A DNA stretch of 64,000 bases from Bacillota bacterium. GTDB taxonomy: Bacteria; Bacillota; Clostridia; Christensenellales; UBA1242. The notes beneath the pieces were generated by a model. That model did no database searches. It saw only the letters and a list, made by a program, of their open reading frames with translations, and was not told the DNA's origin. The stretch lies in contig WRBV01000005.1 of assembly GCA_009784375.1 (NCBI GenBank), forward strand, positions 12,553-76,552, in the 5' to 3' direction. Positions 17,301 through 26,111 of this stretch are shown piece by piece (the first letter of the stretch is position 1; every line of letters begins with the position of its first letter). The position numbers were made by a program, and so were the translations under genes.

Positions 17301-17889
17301 CTTCGGGTAATATTGCTTGGAATCTTTGTTCTCTGTCTTCATATTTTTTGTGGTGGTCATTTAACTCATGTAATAATTCTCCACTCGTTAATGTAGGGTC
17401 TAATTGGATTCGTGTTCCTCCTCCAGGCGTTGGAGTAGATTCACTTATATTCACCAAAATATTCCTTGCAATCGAGCCATACCTATCTAATATTCTCTGG
17501 AACCCATCAATTGATGTTCCGATGCTGTTATCTTGAAGATACTTGATCTTATCCATAATAACTGTGTTTGTAACGTAGAACTCTTCAATTAAGATTTGTA
17601 CTTCATCAATAACCGCTTGATCATGGACTAAGTCAGCTTCATTTTTCTGAAGAACTTGAATTTTATAACTTAGTTTATTATTAATTCTGCTATGCTCGTC
17701 CAATAATGTTTTAAAGGCGTCAATATACTGTTCTGTATCCCTTAACTCAGGACTGTCCTCTGGACGTCCACCAAAAAATTCCCTTGCAATATCCCTATAG
17801 GTCTCATAAGGAACAGATGTCTTTAGCTTTTCTTGAACCTCCCCAATCTCTTCTCCAAGATTTTCATATTCACGTTTTAACTTCGCCAT
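14350..17889 (-). CDS. large hypothetical protein (1179 aa, highly charged, coiled-coil-rich; no signal peptide or TM segment)
   Basis: AAAGGAGA RBS before ATG 17889, with its own TATAAT upstream and terminator downstream. Gln-rich C-terminus. No catalytic motif recognised. Confidence 0.7.
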   Translation of the reverse strand: MAKLKREYENLGEEIGEVQEKLKTSVPYETYRDIAREFFGGRPEDSPELRDTEQYIDAFKTLLDEHSRINNKLSYKIQVLQKNEADLVHDQAVIDEVQILIEEFYVTNTVIMDKIKYLQDNSIGTSIDGFQRILDRYGSIARNILVNISESTPTPGGGTRIQLDPTLTSGELLHELNDHHKKYEDREQRFQAILPEVRALKGQEHNAKKAEFKKILEKHIKDADTVKLIMDQVQSGMPESGDTYGDYLLDTLSMFEKEDMEDAVINGILTGYTGTDYCKSGKCVKPQDRNVKSQIDPNELFKLMQKMNEIDRLFCTDEELEELSGFFESDYVKDELQGYFGTKAEFFKSLDKDKIEFLRSVNSDENMGKYVKSVFTSLDRSKKVDLQKDGYGIAEFRDSRIDPEAFARRREILEDRMKKLNNNEISMADRSYIIHKDNKYNKGSLRKDMLELQNMAASSVFEIAKALEGELGFDTTITREVVNAMAEVAREQAADMFFGGLRQYDYVPKTTKRNEKTDKEELVCEYSELDGDKDDVKFETFAAHRLGIATQKSGPMSPAQKKLNDLFVGSKEREGIDGKYGLVDKNREFIEELDKIITGKDCSPQDLYNRVRDLTGKYEKYGSLTKKETTKVRENLDMLQAGVDGGKITDRAGAVKLFDLNDLELGCVRRNGFLKEDVPNNLLKQFKNEKEGSVTFSRFLGLDYDGSDKTLSPIITDMKRINLDILMIDIIADEKENKSAEKTKKVQRLFDKDVLFDEQRLKDLEKNGITSHKGAIKNPEKEAEKKKASRSELDSPYGGFPIRRCKKSYKLAKEVVAKMFANIQSAGYGASMDRIFNSNKKESGFELWKKEYCTASYNKERHEKVREEDLKRDRDGNPLEKYSYFEEWKGFDQKKTTDNTTDEGKWQDMKVMALGQRVLKAELMIELGKIDAEILAETDEARKEELLYERYQVFDSIGLTAKRMTKYVDINAGIANKKYDDKVSTYENAVESATTDSGYTKAYGQKGIQRITKKFKGGAIDLHDVANINQGKGMQIIEEIAGGYFANIDSDESKMFFKNLFGDAYQEQIDKLKENKGVFTSVEGLLAFLENPSWGWEDLKRKKVDVLVEKPLTSEQKQQLLAQQRQQLQGAIQKQQEIIQAAMRGQTVNGISITTQEAQNRIAEAQRQIAVLNERDLGK

Positions 17890-17948
17890 AATTTTCTCCT
17901 TTGTATCTACTCTGATTAATGTCTAGTATATCACTAAATTATAATTTT

Positions 17949-19280
17949 TTACAAACATTTTGCAATTATGTCGGCGATTTGTTCACATTTTTTCTTGTTT
18001 TTACCTTCGACTGTAATTCGGATAATATCTTCGGTACCGCTTGGTCGTGTTATTATTTTGTAATTTGGGTTCGATGCTTCAAGTGACTTTATAAATGCAA
18101 CAAACTCGGGCTTTTGTATCTTTTCTTTCTGGTTTCGTGATGCCACGACGTTAAGGTTTTTGCTTGGATATATTGGAATGTCTTTTGTTATTTCATGTAA
18201 ACATTTGCCACTTTTTAAAACCATTTCCAATGTCATTAAAAGCGTTATCAGTCCATCTCCATTCTTATATATTGATGGAAATACGATATGACCATTAGGC
18301 TCGCCACCTAACATCAATGACTTTTCTTTAACGGCACGCAAAACATATTTATCACCCACCTTTGTTTTAATAACTTCAATGCCTTTTGCTTTTAAATATT
18401 CTTCTGCACCAAGGTTAAAAAGTATAGTAGACGCCATTTTATCAACATCCAAATGAACCGCAAGTGATGCAAGTAACGCGTCTCCAGCAATTTCATCCCC
18501 ATAATGATTAACGGCAACACATCGATCTGCATCACCATCAAATGCAAAGCCTATAAATTTTTCGTCTTTAAATGCTTTGATCCGTTTTTCAAGCAATCCT
18601 GTATCTGTTGCTCCACACTTTTCGTTAATGTTATATCCGTCGGGAGAATTATTCAATATATCTAATTCGAAACCAAGATTACCAAGAATCTTTATTGCAA
18701 CATCACCGCCACTTCCATTCGCGCAATCAAGAAAAATCTTGGGCTTGTCTTTATAATTTTTTAGGTGAGAAAACTTTAACATAAGGAAATCAATCCATTT
18801 GTCAATCGCGGAAATATTTACTTTAATTTCACCCGATTCCGAGCCTGTAGCTTCAATTTGGGTATCTATTAATTGTTCAATCTGCAAAAGCCGATCCTCA
18901 CCCATCTTTTCACCATTCTTATCAAACAGCTTTACACCATTCCAATCATGTGGATTGTGTGATGCTGTAACCATAATACCAACACATCCACCAAGCCGTT
19001 CGGTCATATATGCCAAAGCCGCAGTCGACACTACATCGATATTCATTATTTGAATTTTATATAATGAGAATGTCTTGCCCATTATTTCTGTTATCCATTG
19101 TGTAGACGCACGCGTGTCGCCCCCAATAACACATCTTTTAATTTTTGATTCGGTCGCTATTGCAGACGCAATCTTTTGTAAAAATTCTTCCGTTAAAAGT
19201 CCACCCACCCGTCCACGGATGCCGTCTGTTCCAAAATATTTCATATCATTATTTATGATTACAACTCTGTGACTGCTCAT
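17949..19280 (-). CDS. glmM: phosphoglucosamine mutase
   Basis: TASHNP active-site loop, the Mg-binding FDGDADR motif and GEPNGH sugar loop. Length 443 aa. Confidence 0.9.
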   Translation of the reverse strand: MSSHRVVIINNDMKYFGTDGIRGRVGGLLTEEFLQKIASAIATESKIKRCVIGGDTRASTQWITEIMGKTFSLYKIQIMNIDVVSTAALAYMTERLGGCVGIMVTASHNPHDWNGVKLFDKNGEKMGEDRLLQIEQLIDTQIEATGSESGEIKVNISAIDKWIDFLMLKFSHLKNYKDKPKIFLDCANGSGGDVAIKILGNLGFELDILNNSPDGYNINEKCGATDTGLLEKRIKAFKDEKFIGFAFDGDADRCVAVNHYGDEIAGDALLASLAVHLDVDKMASTILFNLGAEEYLKAKGIEVIKTKVGDKYVLRAVKEKSLMLGGEPNGHIVFPSIYKNGDGLITLLMTLEMVLKSGKCLHEITKDIPIYPSKNLNVVASRNQKEKIQKPEFVAFIKSLEASNPNYKIITRPSGTEDIIRITVEGKNKKKCEQIADIIAKCL

Positions 19281-19350
19281 CTTTGTTTTGCATAGTCTGG
19301 AATAGATGACATCATCACAAGGAGAATTTTAAAACATCGACACATTTTTC

Positions 19351-19659
19351 ATGCCATTCATTGCCGTTATGGTTTATTCAATCATAGAAATATACAAAGC
19401 ATTTATTCCGTGCGGCAAAAACAAATGGCACAGCTTCATACCTCTTATATCTATTGTCCTGGGACTCGGGTTGGGAATAGCCTTTTATTTTGTTTTTCCC
19501 GAATATGTTTTATCCAAAGAACTTCCAAATGCTGTGGTGGCTGGTGCTGTTTCTGGTCTTGCCGCAACTGGTGGCGACCAAATTTTTAAAAGATTATCCA
19601 GACCAATAGATAACAATCCAACACAATATTGCAAGGATGAAACAAAAAAGGAAGGCTAA
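19351..19659 (+). CDS. holin-like membrane protein (Listeria phage A118 Hol118 / phi-LC3 type)
   Basis: By eye, KW..IPLISIVLGLGLG and AGAVSGLAATGGDQIFKRL align with Hol118. The C-terminal tail is charged. There is no SD close to the ATG. Confidence 0.5.
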   Translation: MPFIAVMVYSIIEIYKAFIPCGKNKWHSFIPLISIVLGLGLGIAFYFVFPEYVLSKELPNAVVAGAVSGLAATGGDQIFKRLSRPIDNNPTQYCKDETKKEG

Positions 19660-19756
19660 ATCTAAAATTAATCTTGTTGCATTTTATCAAACAATGTGCT
19701 ATAGTTTTCGGATAGTGTGATACACTAAGTCACCATTGTGAACTCAAGGGAAAATT

Positions 19757-22741
19757 ATGCGCAAGAAAATGTATTTTAAATTTTTAACACTTGTCGTTGT
19801 CGCGGCTTTTATAGTAGGGTCTTTGCCACTTCTTGGTTTTGTCCCTTTTATTAGTGCATCAAGCAACGGTGGTTTTCACCATACCCCAGTCCGTCAAACT
19901 GATGACGCATTCGAAAACAGATCAATTACCATTTCCAACCCCGACTTTGATGAACCGAATGTCGCCGCATTTTCTTCTACAATTACTGGTTGGATAGAAG
20001 AACGTAATACTCAAGCCGCAGTTTCGGCAATTATCAATACACGTGACTTCCACAGCTTCCGTGATTATCACAACCTGCAAAACCTTGACTTTATGAGCTA
20101 TAACCCTGGCAACAACAACAGAGATGACAATATCCTTGCACTTGCCAACCGTACAAGCGGAGGTACAGCCACCGTTGGTTTTACAAGTTCTGGTCTTGAT
20201 TTCCATGCTGATGGATACTTTATGGTCTCGGTTTGCTTTTACGCGATTGTCGGAACAAGCCACGTTTATCTTACACCTACAACAGAAATTTCTGAAGACA
20301 TCCAAACAAGCATTGAATTAACACAAATTTCATTTAACAATATCCACGGTGTTCGTGAGGACAACCAAAGTATGTGGAGAACAGCGACATTCTTCGTAAG
20401 AACAGACGCAAGACAAGCAACAAGCTTTAACCTTGGTCTTTTCCTTGGTACACAAAAAGTTCCAACAGGCGGAGTAATATATTTCGATAACGCACAAGCA
20501 ACAAGCTTGTCACATTCCGAATATCACAGAATGATGACAAACAGATCGGTCGACCCAAGGTTTGCCGACTTTATCCAGGAAATCGATCTCAGACAACATG
20601 ATGAATTCGGATGTGACCAAGAATTTGATTTTGGCGTAATGGATTTTGCTGCTACTTCTGGTATTCCAAGTAATTCTAATATTACACATGATACAACTTC
20701 TGCGGTTGCCGCTATTTTAAACTTTGAAGAAGTAAGATACGTACATTCATTCACAGGACAACAACGCGACGTAATGATTTTATCAACGGTTGACAACAAC
20801 GTGTCCATGAGAATGAATGATACCCTAACAATCGACCGCAACACACTTTACAAAATATCTTTTTATTCCCTTCACAATGGAAATGCAAGTATTCGTATTC
20901 ATGACCCAATTGAAAATGATCTTATTGACCATTTTGATTCTGGATTTGTGCCTATACAAAGTACGGCAACCGATGCAAGCGAATCAAGAAACAACTGGAC
21001 TCTTAATACTCTTTATATTACTGGTGACGCCCTTGTAGACACCGCCGTTGAAATCGAATTTTGGGTTGGTACCGAGAATGCAAATGCGACTGGATGGTTA
21101 CTTGTGGACGAGTTCTCTATCGTTCGTGTTTCAAACGAATACTTTGCGGCAACCCAAAATGATGAAAACACAACTACCCTCCGCATTTTTGAATCGCTTC
21201 CTGGTGAAGGTATCCTTAATTCAAACTTTAACGTAGGAAATGTACGAAGTGCACAAAATGCTTTCCCACTTGTTGCAACAGACTGGGAACTTACCGCTGG
21301 ATCTGAAAATGCTGTTGTAAGTGGAATTGTAAACACCGACCCAACCCACTTTGCAGCAAACCAGTTAAACGGAAATTACGGTTATACACGTAATCCTGGT
21401 GCAATTGATAACAATGATGCAAATAACAACGTATTTATGATGCAAAATTTGTCAACCACTCACCAAACTCTTACAAGTAATTCTTTCCCACTTCACCGTG
21501 GAACATATAATGTTATTTCATTCCAACTTGCACGTCACACCATACACGCAAATATGATTGCATTTGCAACTATCGAAACAAACGGCATAGAGATTGCAAG
21601 AATTAACTTTCCAACAACAGTATCACTTGACCCAGTATGGACAGAATACTCATTCGGAATTCGTGCAAGTGAATTCACAGGGCACGAGGTCACAATTTCA
21701 TTCCACCTGGGCTCAAACAATCTTGAAACACGTGCAGGGACTTTGTTCATTGATGATGTAAGAATAAGACAAGCAAACTCAATAACAAGAAATGGATTGT
21801 CACGTAATACTGGTGTATCTGTTGATGCATTTGCTGACTTGTCATGTCCACTCAGCCTTGTGGACAGATACGGTAACAGCCTATTCTTCCGCTCTGCCGA
21901 TGATCAATTTACAACAACCTTCAACAATAACGTACTTTTAATTCAATCCGACGGACACCAAAATGGTTCAATAGTAAACAACCTTGCCGAAGAACTAGAA
22001 GGCGGTGCATTCTTTGAATATACCGTTACCGCACGAATTAACTTCGAATCAACGGCGGCAAGATACCAAAGAATTCCACACCTTGACGACGAACAAAATA
22101 TTATTGCCGAGCCAAATAACGTCGACTATGGTATAAGCATGTACATCGAAGGCTTTGACGGTGGATTCTTTAACATCAAGCCAGAATACTTTTCAAGTAT
22201 GCCTGGTGGTTCGTTTGCAGCAGACGGTTTCGTCACATACAGATTCTTCATCCGTACCGAAGCGGCAGCAAGCCTTAGCCTTGTTATAAACTTTGGTGAC
22301 GGCGGATACCATGACCTTGCACACCGTGCTGTATGGGGTTCGGTAGAAATTCGCGAGATAACACTTACTCAAATTGACGAACCACAATGGAATAACGCAA
22401 GAAATACCCACAGAGACAGACTAAGAAATGACGAGCGTTCAAACTTTGGTATAATCACGGAATCAACATTCCGCGAACCAACCGAAACAACTCCACGTGA
22501 ACGAGGACAACTTGATTTCCTTATTGTTCCATCAATCATTATGGCTGTTGCTATTATACTTGCACTTGCCGCTTTCCTTCTTCGTCGTTCAAAATTCAAC
22601 CTGCATATCGGCAGAAAACACACAACTTATGCAAAAGATGATGCTGGTGTAGCTGGTGCCGAAGAAATCAAAGCAAAAAAAGTAAAAAAGACTGAAATCG
22701 CCGAACCAATGCCAACACCATCCGACAACACAGAACAATAA
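19757..22741 (+). CDS. large surface protein (994 aa): signal peptide, about four CBM4_9/CBM22-like beta-sandwich modules, C-terminal TM anchor
   Basis: N-terminal signal ...FISA|SS. The recurring module start is N(P/S)(D/N)F...W and the recurring module end is G.(I/L)(Y/F)(F/I)D(N/D).... C-terminal IVPSIIMAVAIILALAAFLL is followed by a basic tail. Confidence 0.75.
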   Translation: MRKKMYFKFLTLVVVAAFIVGSLPLLGFVPFISASSNGGFHHTPVRQTDDAFENRSITISNPDFDEPNVAAFSSTITGWIEERNTQAAVSAIINTRDFHSFRDYHNLQNLDFMSYNPGNNNRDDNILALANRTSGGTATVGFTSSGLDFHADGYFMVSVCFYAIVGTSHVYLTPTTEISEDIQTSIELTQISFNNIHGVREDNQSMWRTATFFVRTDARQATSFNLGLFLGTQKVPTGGVIYFDNAQATSLSHSEYHRMMTNRSVDPRFADFIQEIDLRQHDEFGCDQEFDFGVMDFAATSGIPSNSNITHDTTSAVAAILNFEEVRYVHSFTGQQRDVMILSTVDNNVSMRMNDTLTIDRNTLYKISFYSLHNGNASIRIHDPIENDLIDHFDSGFVPIQSTATDASESRNNWTLNTLYITGDALVDTAVEIEFWVGTENANATGWLLVDEFSIVRVSNEYFAATQNDENTTTLRIFESLPGEGILNSNFNVGNVRSAQNAFPLVATDWELTAGSENAVVSGIVNTDPTHFAANQLNGNYGYTRNPGAIDNNDANNNVFMMQNLSTTHQTLTSNSFPLHRGTYNVISFQLARHTIHANMIAFATIETNGIEIARINFPTTVSLDPVWTEYSFGIRASEFTGHEVTISFHLGSNNLETRAGTLFIDDVRIRQANSITRNGLSRNTGVSVDAFADLSCPLSLVDRYGNSLFFRSADDQFTTTFNNNVLLIQSDGHQNGSIVNNLAEELEGGAFFEYTVTARINFESTAARYQRIPHLDDEQNIIAEPNNVDYGISMYIEGFDGGFFNIKPEYFSSMPGGSFAADGFVTYRFFIRTEAAASLSLVINFGDGGYHDLAHRAVWGSVEIREITLTQIDEPQWNNARNTHRDRLRNDERSNFGIITESTFREPTETTPRERGQLDFLIVPSIIMAVAIILALAAFLLRRSKFNLHIGRKHTTYAKDDAGVAGAEEIKAKKVKKTEIAEPMPTPSDNTEQ

Positions 22742-22751
22742 AATTGATTAT

Positions 22752-22852
22752 AAAAAAGGCAACTTCGTTGCGTTGCTTCGCACGCTTTTATGCCTCTTTT
22801 GGACATTTGTATTTATGAAAAATCAAAACGATTTTTCTTAGGTCATAACAAA
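22752..22852 (+). repeat. ~110-nt structured intergenic element, copy 2
   Basis: AAAAAGGCAACTTCGTTGCG...TTTTGGACATT...GAAAAATCAAAACGATTTTTCTTAGGTCATAACAAA, lying immediately 3' of the stop at 22741. Confidence 0.7.
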
Positions 22853-22877
22853 GCCGACTTATAATCGGCTTTTTTTA
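22851..22877. terminator. bidirectional rho-independent terminator
   Basis: AAGCCGA-CTTATAA-TCGGCTT followed by T7. Confidence 0.65.
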
Positions 22878-23072
22878 AGCATGCTCTAATTCTTGTTCAA
22901 CAATCTCTTCAGTAATATTGAACATTTTAATTGCCATTGATTTGTTCATTTCAACATGGACAGGAAATTTTCCAAGCCTCCCCTTTTTATGTGAACCTGG
23001 GGTAAAATTTTTCTTGCTAGTTGTGTAATTATTATCCAGTTCTGAAAATTCCTCTTCAACTACAGTTATCAT
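22875..23072 (-). CDS. small hypothetical protein (65 aa)
   Basis: GTGAGG RBS lies 5 nt before ATG 23072. It is the only ORF in this gap. Confidence 0.35.
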   Translation of the reverse strand: MITVVEEEFSELDNNYTTSKKNFTPGSHKKGRLGKFPVHVEMNKSMAIKMFNITEEIVEQELEHA

Positions 23073-23174
23073 TTGTACCTCACTTTAGGCAAGTATATCA
23101 TATTTAAATTTATAATGGAAGTGACTGGATTATTTGATTGGTATTTTTGATTTTTCGTTTTATACTAAGACATA

Positions 23175-23705
23175 ATGACAAGACGACGTTTGGCGATTAT
23201 ATTTTTCTTCATAGCACTTTTCGTGCTTATAGGTTTTGGCATATGGTGGCTTGTAACCACTACTGGGGGTCATACTCTCGAAGCTGGACGTCATTATTAT
23301 ATCCAAAGACTTCGACCGAACTTTTTCATTGGTTCGGGTGGACGAATAGACCTTGAACAAAATGATTCAAGCCATGCTGTTTTTAATAATAATTTTACTA
23401 CAATGACTGTACACTTCTCCAGCGGTGATAATTTCGTTTTTCAAATCACCGATTCACGCACACGACGAAGAGTCTTTTACGCAGACATGGTAGGTATTGT
23501 TGGCGGTAATCTTATGCGCTTTGAACTACGCGCTGATGAAAGTAACATTGTAATAAGATCGGCAATTGATTATGATGTTCGAATAGAAACGGCAGACCGT
23601 GATGGCGAATTCGACATAGTTATTCGACGAAATGACGAGGTTCTAAGATTCTCAAGGACCCTTGTACCGCTTATGGCATCTCTTACATCGGAGGTGGCTG
23701 CATGA
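23175..23705 (+). CDS. N-terminally anchored hypothetical protein (176 aa)
   Basis: MTRRRLAIIFFFIALFVLIGFGIWW signal-anchor. ATGA overlap with the next gene. Confidence 0.55.
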   Translation: MTRRRLAIIFFFIALFVLIGFGIWWLVTTTGGHTLEAGRHYYIQRLRPNFFIGSGGRIDLEQNDSSHAVFNNNFTTMTVHFSSGDNFVFQITDSRTRRRVFYADMVGIVGGNLMRFELRADESNIVIRSAIDYDVRIETADRDGEFDIVIRRNDEVLRFSRTLVPLMASLTSEVAA

Positions 23706-24133
23706 AAAGAGGAACAAGACGTCTTATAACATTGGTGCTTGTATTGGTTATACTTGGTGGACTTGCATTTGGAGGTTGGTGGATTTGGGGACGAAATACA
23801 ACTGACCACCAACTAGTTGCACTAGGCAATCCAAACCCACTTAGCATAAATAATATGTCGGCAAGTCTACTGCAACTACATCCAAGCGGTGCTTTTAACA
23901 TTAAAATTAAAACAGGTGACGACGTTCATTTTTCTGGCTTTGGAACATGGAACAGAATCGGCAGCAATATAACATTCACATATGTTGATGCATGGATGCT
24001 AAACAGCTCGGGTGTACTTGTACAAAATTTAAACAATTTCACCAGTAATACACATACATATCGAACATCAAATGGCGGTCGCCGAATTCGTTTCGAAGAC
24101 CAAAACCAATGGGTTTTCTACTTTTCACGCTAA
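23702..24133 (+). CDS. N-terminally anchored hypothetical protein (143 aa), same architecture as 23175..23705
   Basis: MKRGTRRLITLVLVLVILGGLAFGGWW signal-anchor. Confidence 0.55.
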   Translation: MKRGTRRLITLVLVLVILGGLAFGGWWIWGRNTTDHQLVALGNPNPLSINNMSASLLQLHPSGAFNIKIKTGDDVHFSGFGTWNRIGSNITFTYVDAWMLNSSGVLVQNLNNFTSNTHTYRTSNGGRRIRFEDQNQWVFYFSR

Positions 24134-24351
24134 TTCGCTACCCTGTTTATTTTTCCGTCTTTTAATTGCCAATACCAACCAACTTCTCTCCTAAGCGCAA
24201 TACTATTCATCTTTACCAATATTTCTTGACCTACAAGGTCCTCTTCTATTGTTGCTTTGTTCAAGTTCAAGATTTGGCATGGTGCCATGCCCGAAAACTT
24301 TGCAATGTTTACAAGCTCGCCCGTTTTTTGAAATTTGATTTTTACATACAT
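24130..24351 (-). CDS. small LysM-like domain protein (73 aa)
   Basis: K.G(E)LVNIAK......ILNLN.......LVGQEILV fits the LysM consensus spacing. No clear SD. Confidence 0.4.
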   Translation of the reverse strand: MYVKIKFQKTGELVNIAKFSGMAPCQILNLNKATIEEDLVGQEILVKMNSIALRREVGWYWQLKDGKINRVAN

Positions 24352-24437
24352 AACATATTAAATGAAAACCCGTATATTAAAATGAAAGATTTTCATATTT
24401 CGTCATTTTTCGCATACACACATTCATCTATTATACT

Positions 24438-26012
24438 ATGAAGTTTTCTCACGCGGTCGCGCTTATTACTGGGTTTACTGTTGCCACGCGTGGGCTTGGC
24501 TTTTTGTTCAGAATTTTACTTTCACGAATTCTTGGTGCCGAAATGCTTGGTGTTTATCAAATTGCTTTTTCTTTTTTTATGGTTTTCATGACGATGATTG
24601 CAAGTGGTCTTCCGTTAATAATCTCGCGCCAAGTTTCATCACTTGATGACAGCAATAAACGTAATAAAATCCGTGGTATTATAAGTTCGGGGCTTGTTAT
24701 AAGCTTGGTACTGTCTGTTGTAATTATTACTCTGGTCTTTTCATTGCAAAATGTCTTATATAACATCTTCACAGACACGCGCAGCCTGCGAATATTATTT
24801 ATCTTCATCCCAGCAATAATAGCAACAAGCATATATACCGTCCTCCGTGCAATTTGGTGGGGTCAAAAAAAGTTCTTCTTGCTTGGTGTAACCGAACTTA
24901 GCGAAGTAGTTGCACGATGTTTAATATTCTTCATAATGCTAAGCTTCGCGTTCATTTTCACAGACCTTGCAAGTATGGCGGCGCTTTCATTCACAATCGC
25001 ATGTGTAATAAGTGCATTAATAGTTGTAATACTGTATTGGATTCGATCAAAGAAAGAAAAGCGTGAGCTAAATACTCTATCCATAGACCGCGAAACTTAC
25101 AAGAGTCATACTCGTGATTATCTTAAATCTCAACTTCGATCTGCATCACCAATAACTGCCGTTCGTGTAATCATGAGCATTGCTTTCCCAATTATCGCGG
25201 TTATCATTCCACTTCGACTTGTAAGTGCTGGATGGTCGTCGACCGATGCAATTTCTCATTTTGGTATTGCGGTTGGTATGACGCTTCCCTTGTTAAGCAT
25301 TCCACAAGCGGTAATAAGTTCAATGTCAACGGCTCTTGTTCCCGAGCTATCTGGTGCTATGCAAAGACGTGACTATGCACTTATTAACCATCAAATTGCT
25401 AACTGTATAAAGATTACATTGTTTATAAATTTCCTCTTGATTGCACCGTTTATGGCTGTTGGTCCTGGGATTGGTCGGTTTCTGTTTGCAAATGAAATGG
25501 CGGGGGTCTATCTTACACAAAGTGCCTGGATAATGGTTCCAATGTCTATTTCGCTTATTACTAATGCTATTCTTAACTCTCTCGGCGCTGAAACACGGGC
25601 TATGGTTCATTACATTATCGGAAGTGTATTCTTGTTCCTTTGTGTATGGTTTATGCCACAATTTATCGGAGTCGGCGCACTCATAGTCGGTATTGGAATA
25701 TGTATGAGTATCGCAAGTGTCCTTAATATAATCTTGATAACACGACTTACAAAATCGGATACAAAGATTCTACGATTGTTATTTGGGCTTATCTTTATTA
25801 CCATTCCATCTGCATTCGTTGGTCATTTTATCTTTAATACAATTGACCATGTAATACCACTTTTCTTCTCTCTTACATTTGGTGGAGGTATGGCATTTAT
25901 AACATTACTGACACTTGCATATGTGTTTAACATAGTAGATTTTAATGTAATACGGGCAAACTTATCAAGAAAACGGCGCACAAAAACGCAAGAGACCGCT
26001 ATTTCAAATTAA
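24438..26012 (+). CDS. MOP-superfamily flippase (MurJ/SpoVB-like polysaccharide/lipid II exporter)
   Basis: 524 aa with about 14 hydrophobic segments. The N-terminal LLSRILGAEMLGVYQIAF is typical of SpoVB/MurJ-type proteins. Confidence 0.75.
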   Translation: MKFSHAVALITGFTVATRGLGFLFRILLSRILGAEMLGVYQIAFSFFMVFMTMIASGLPLIISRQVSSLDDSNKRNKIRGIISSGLVISLVLSVVIITLVFSLQNVLYNIFTDTRSLRILFIFIPAIIATSIYTVLRAIWWGQKKFFLLGVTELSEVVARCLIFFIMLSFAFIFTDLASMAALSFTIACVISALIVVILYWIRSKKEKRELNTLSIDRETYKSHTRDYLKSQLRSASPITAVRVIMSIAFPIIAVIIPLRLVSAGWSSTDAISHFGIAVGMTLPLLSIPQAVISSMSTALVPELSGAMQRRDYALINHQIANCIKITLFINFLLIAPFMAVGPGIGRFLFANEMAGVYLTQSAWIMVPMSISLITNAILNSLGAETRAMVHYIIGSVFLFLCVWFMPQFIGVGALIVGIGICMSIASVLNIILITRLTKSDTKILRLLFGLIFITIPSAFVGHFIFNTIDHVIPLFFSLTFGGGMAFITLLTLAYVFNIVDFNVIRANLSRKRRTKTQETAISN

Positions 26013-26060
26013 ATAATTATTTTTGTATATTACTCCGAAATAATACACATACCATACTAG

Positions 26061-26107
26061 ACAAGCCACCAAGTGGGGATCGCCCTTACTTGGTGGCTTG
26101 TTTTTTG
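26061..26107. terminator. bidirectional rho-independent terminator
   Basis: 14-bp stem ACAAGCCACCAAGT/ACTTGGTGGCTTGT followed by T6. Confidence 0.75.
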
Positions 26108-26111
26108 TATT

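Noticed and set aside
19351-19659. Prophage at the holin locus
   Set aside because: The holin-like gene is alone. No endolysin, structural, terminase or integrase genes or att-like repeats lie within 10 kb on either side.
24166-24441. 91-aa plus-strand ORF opposite the LysM-like gene
   Set aside because: Its sequence has low-quality composition and no SD. The minus-strand frame 24130..24351 matches the LysM consensus spacing.
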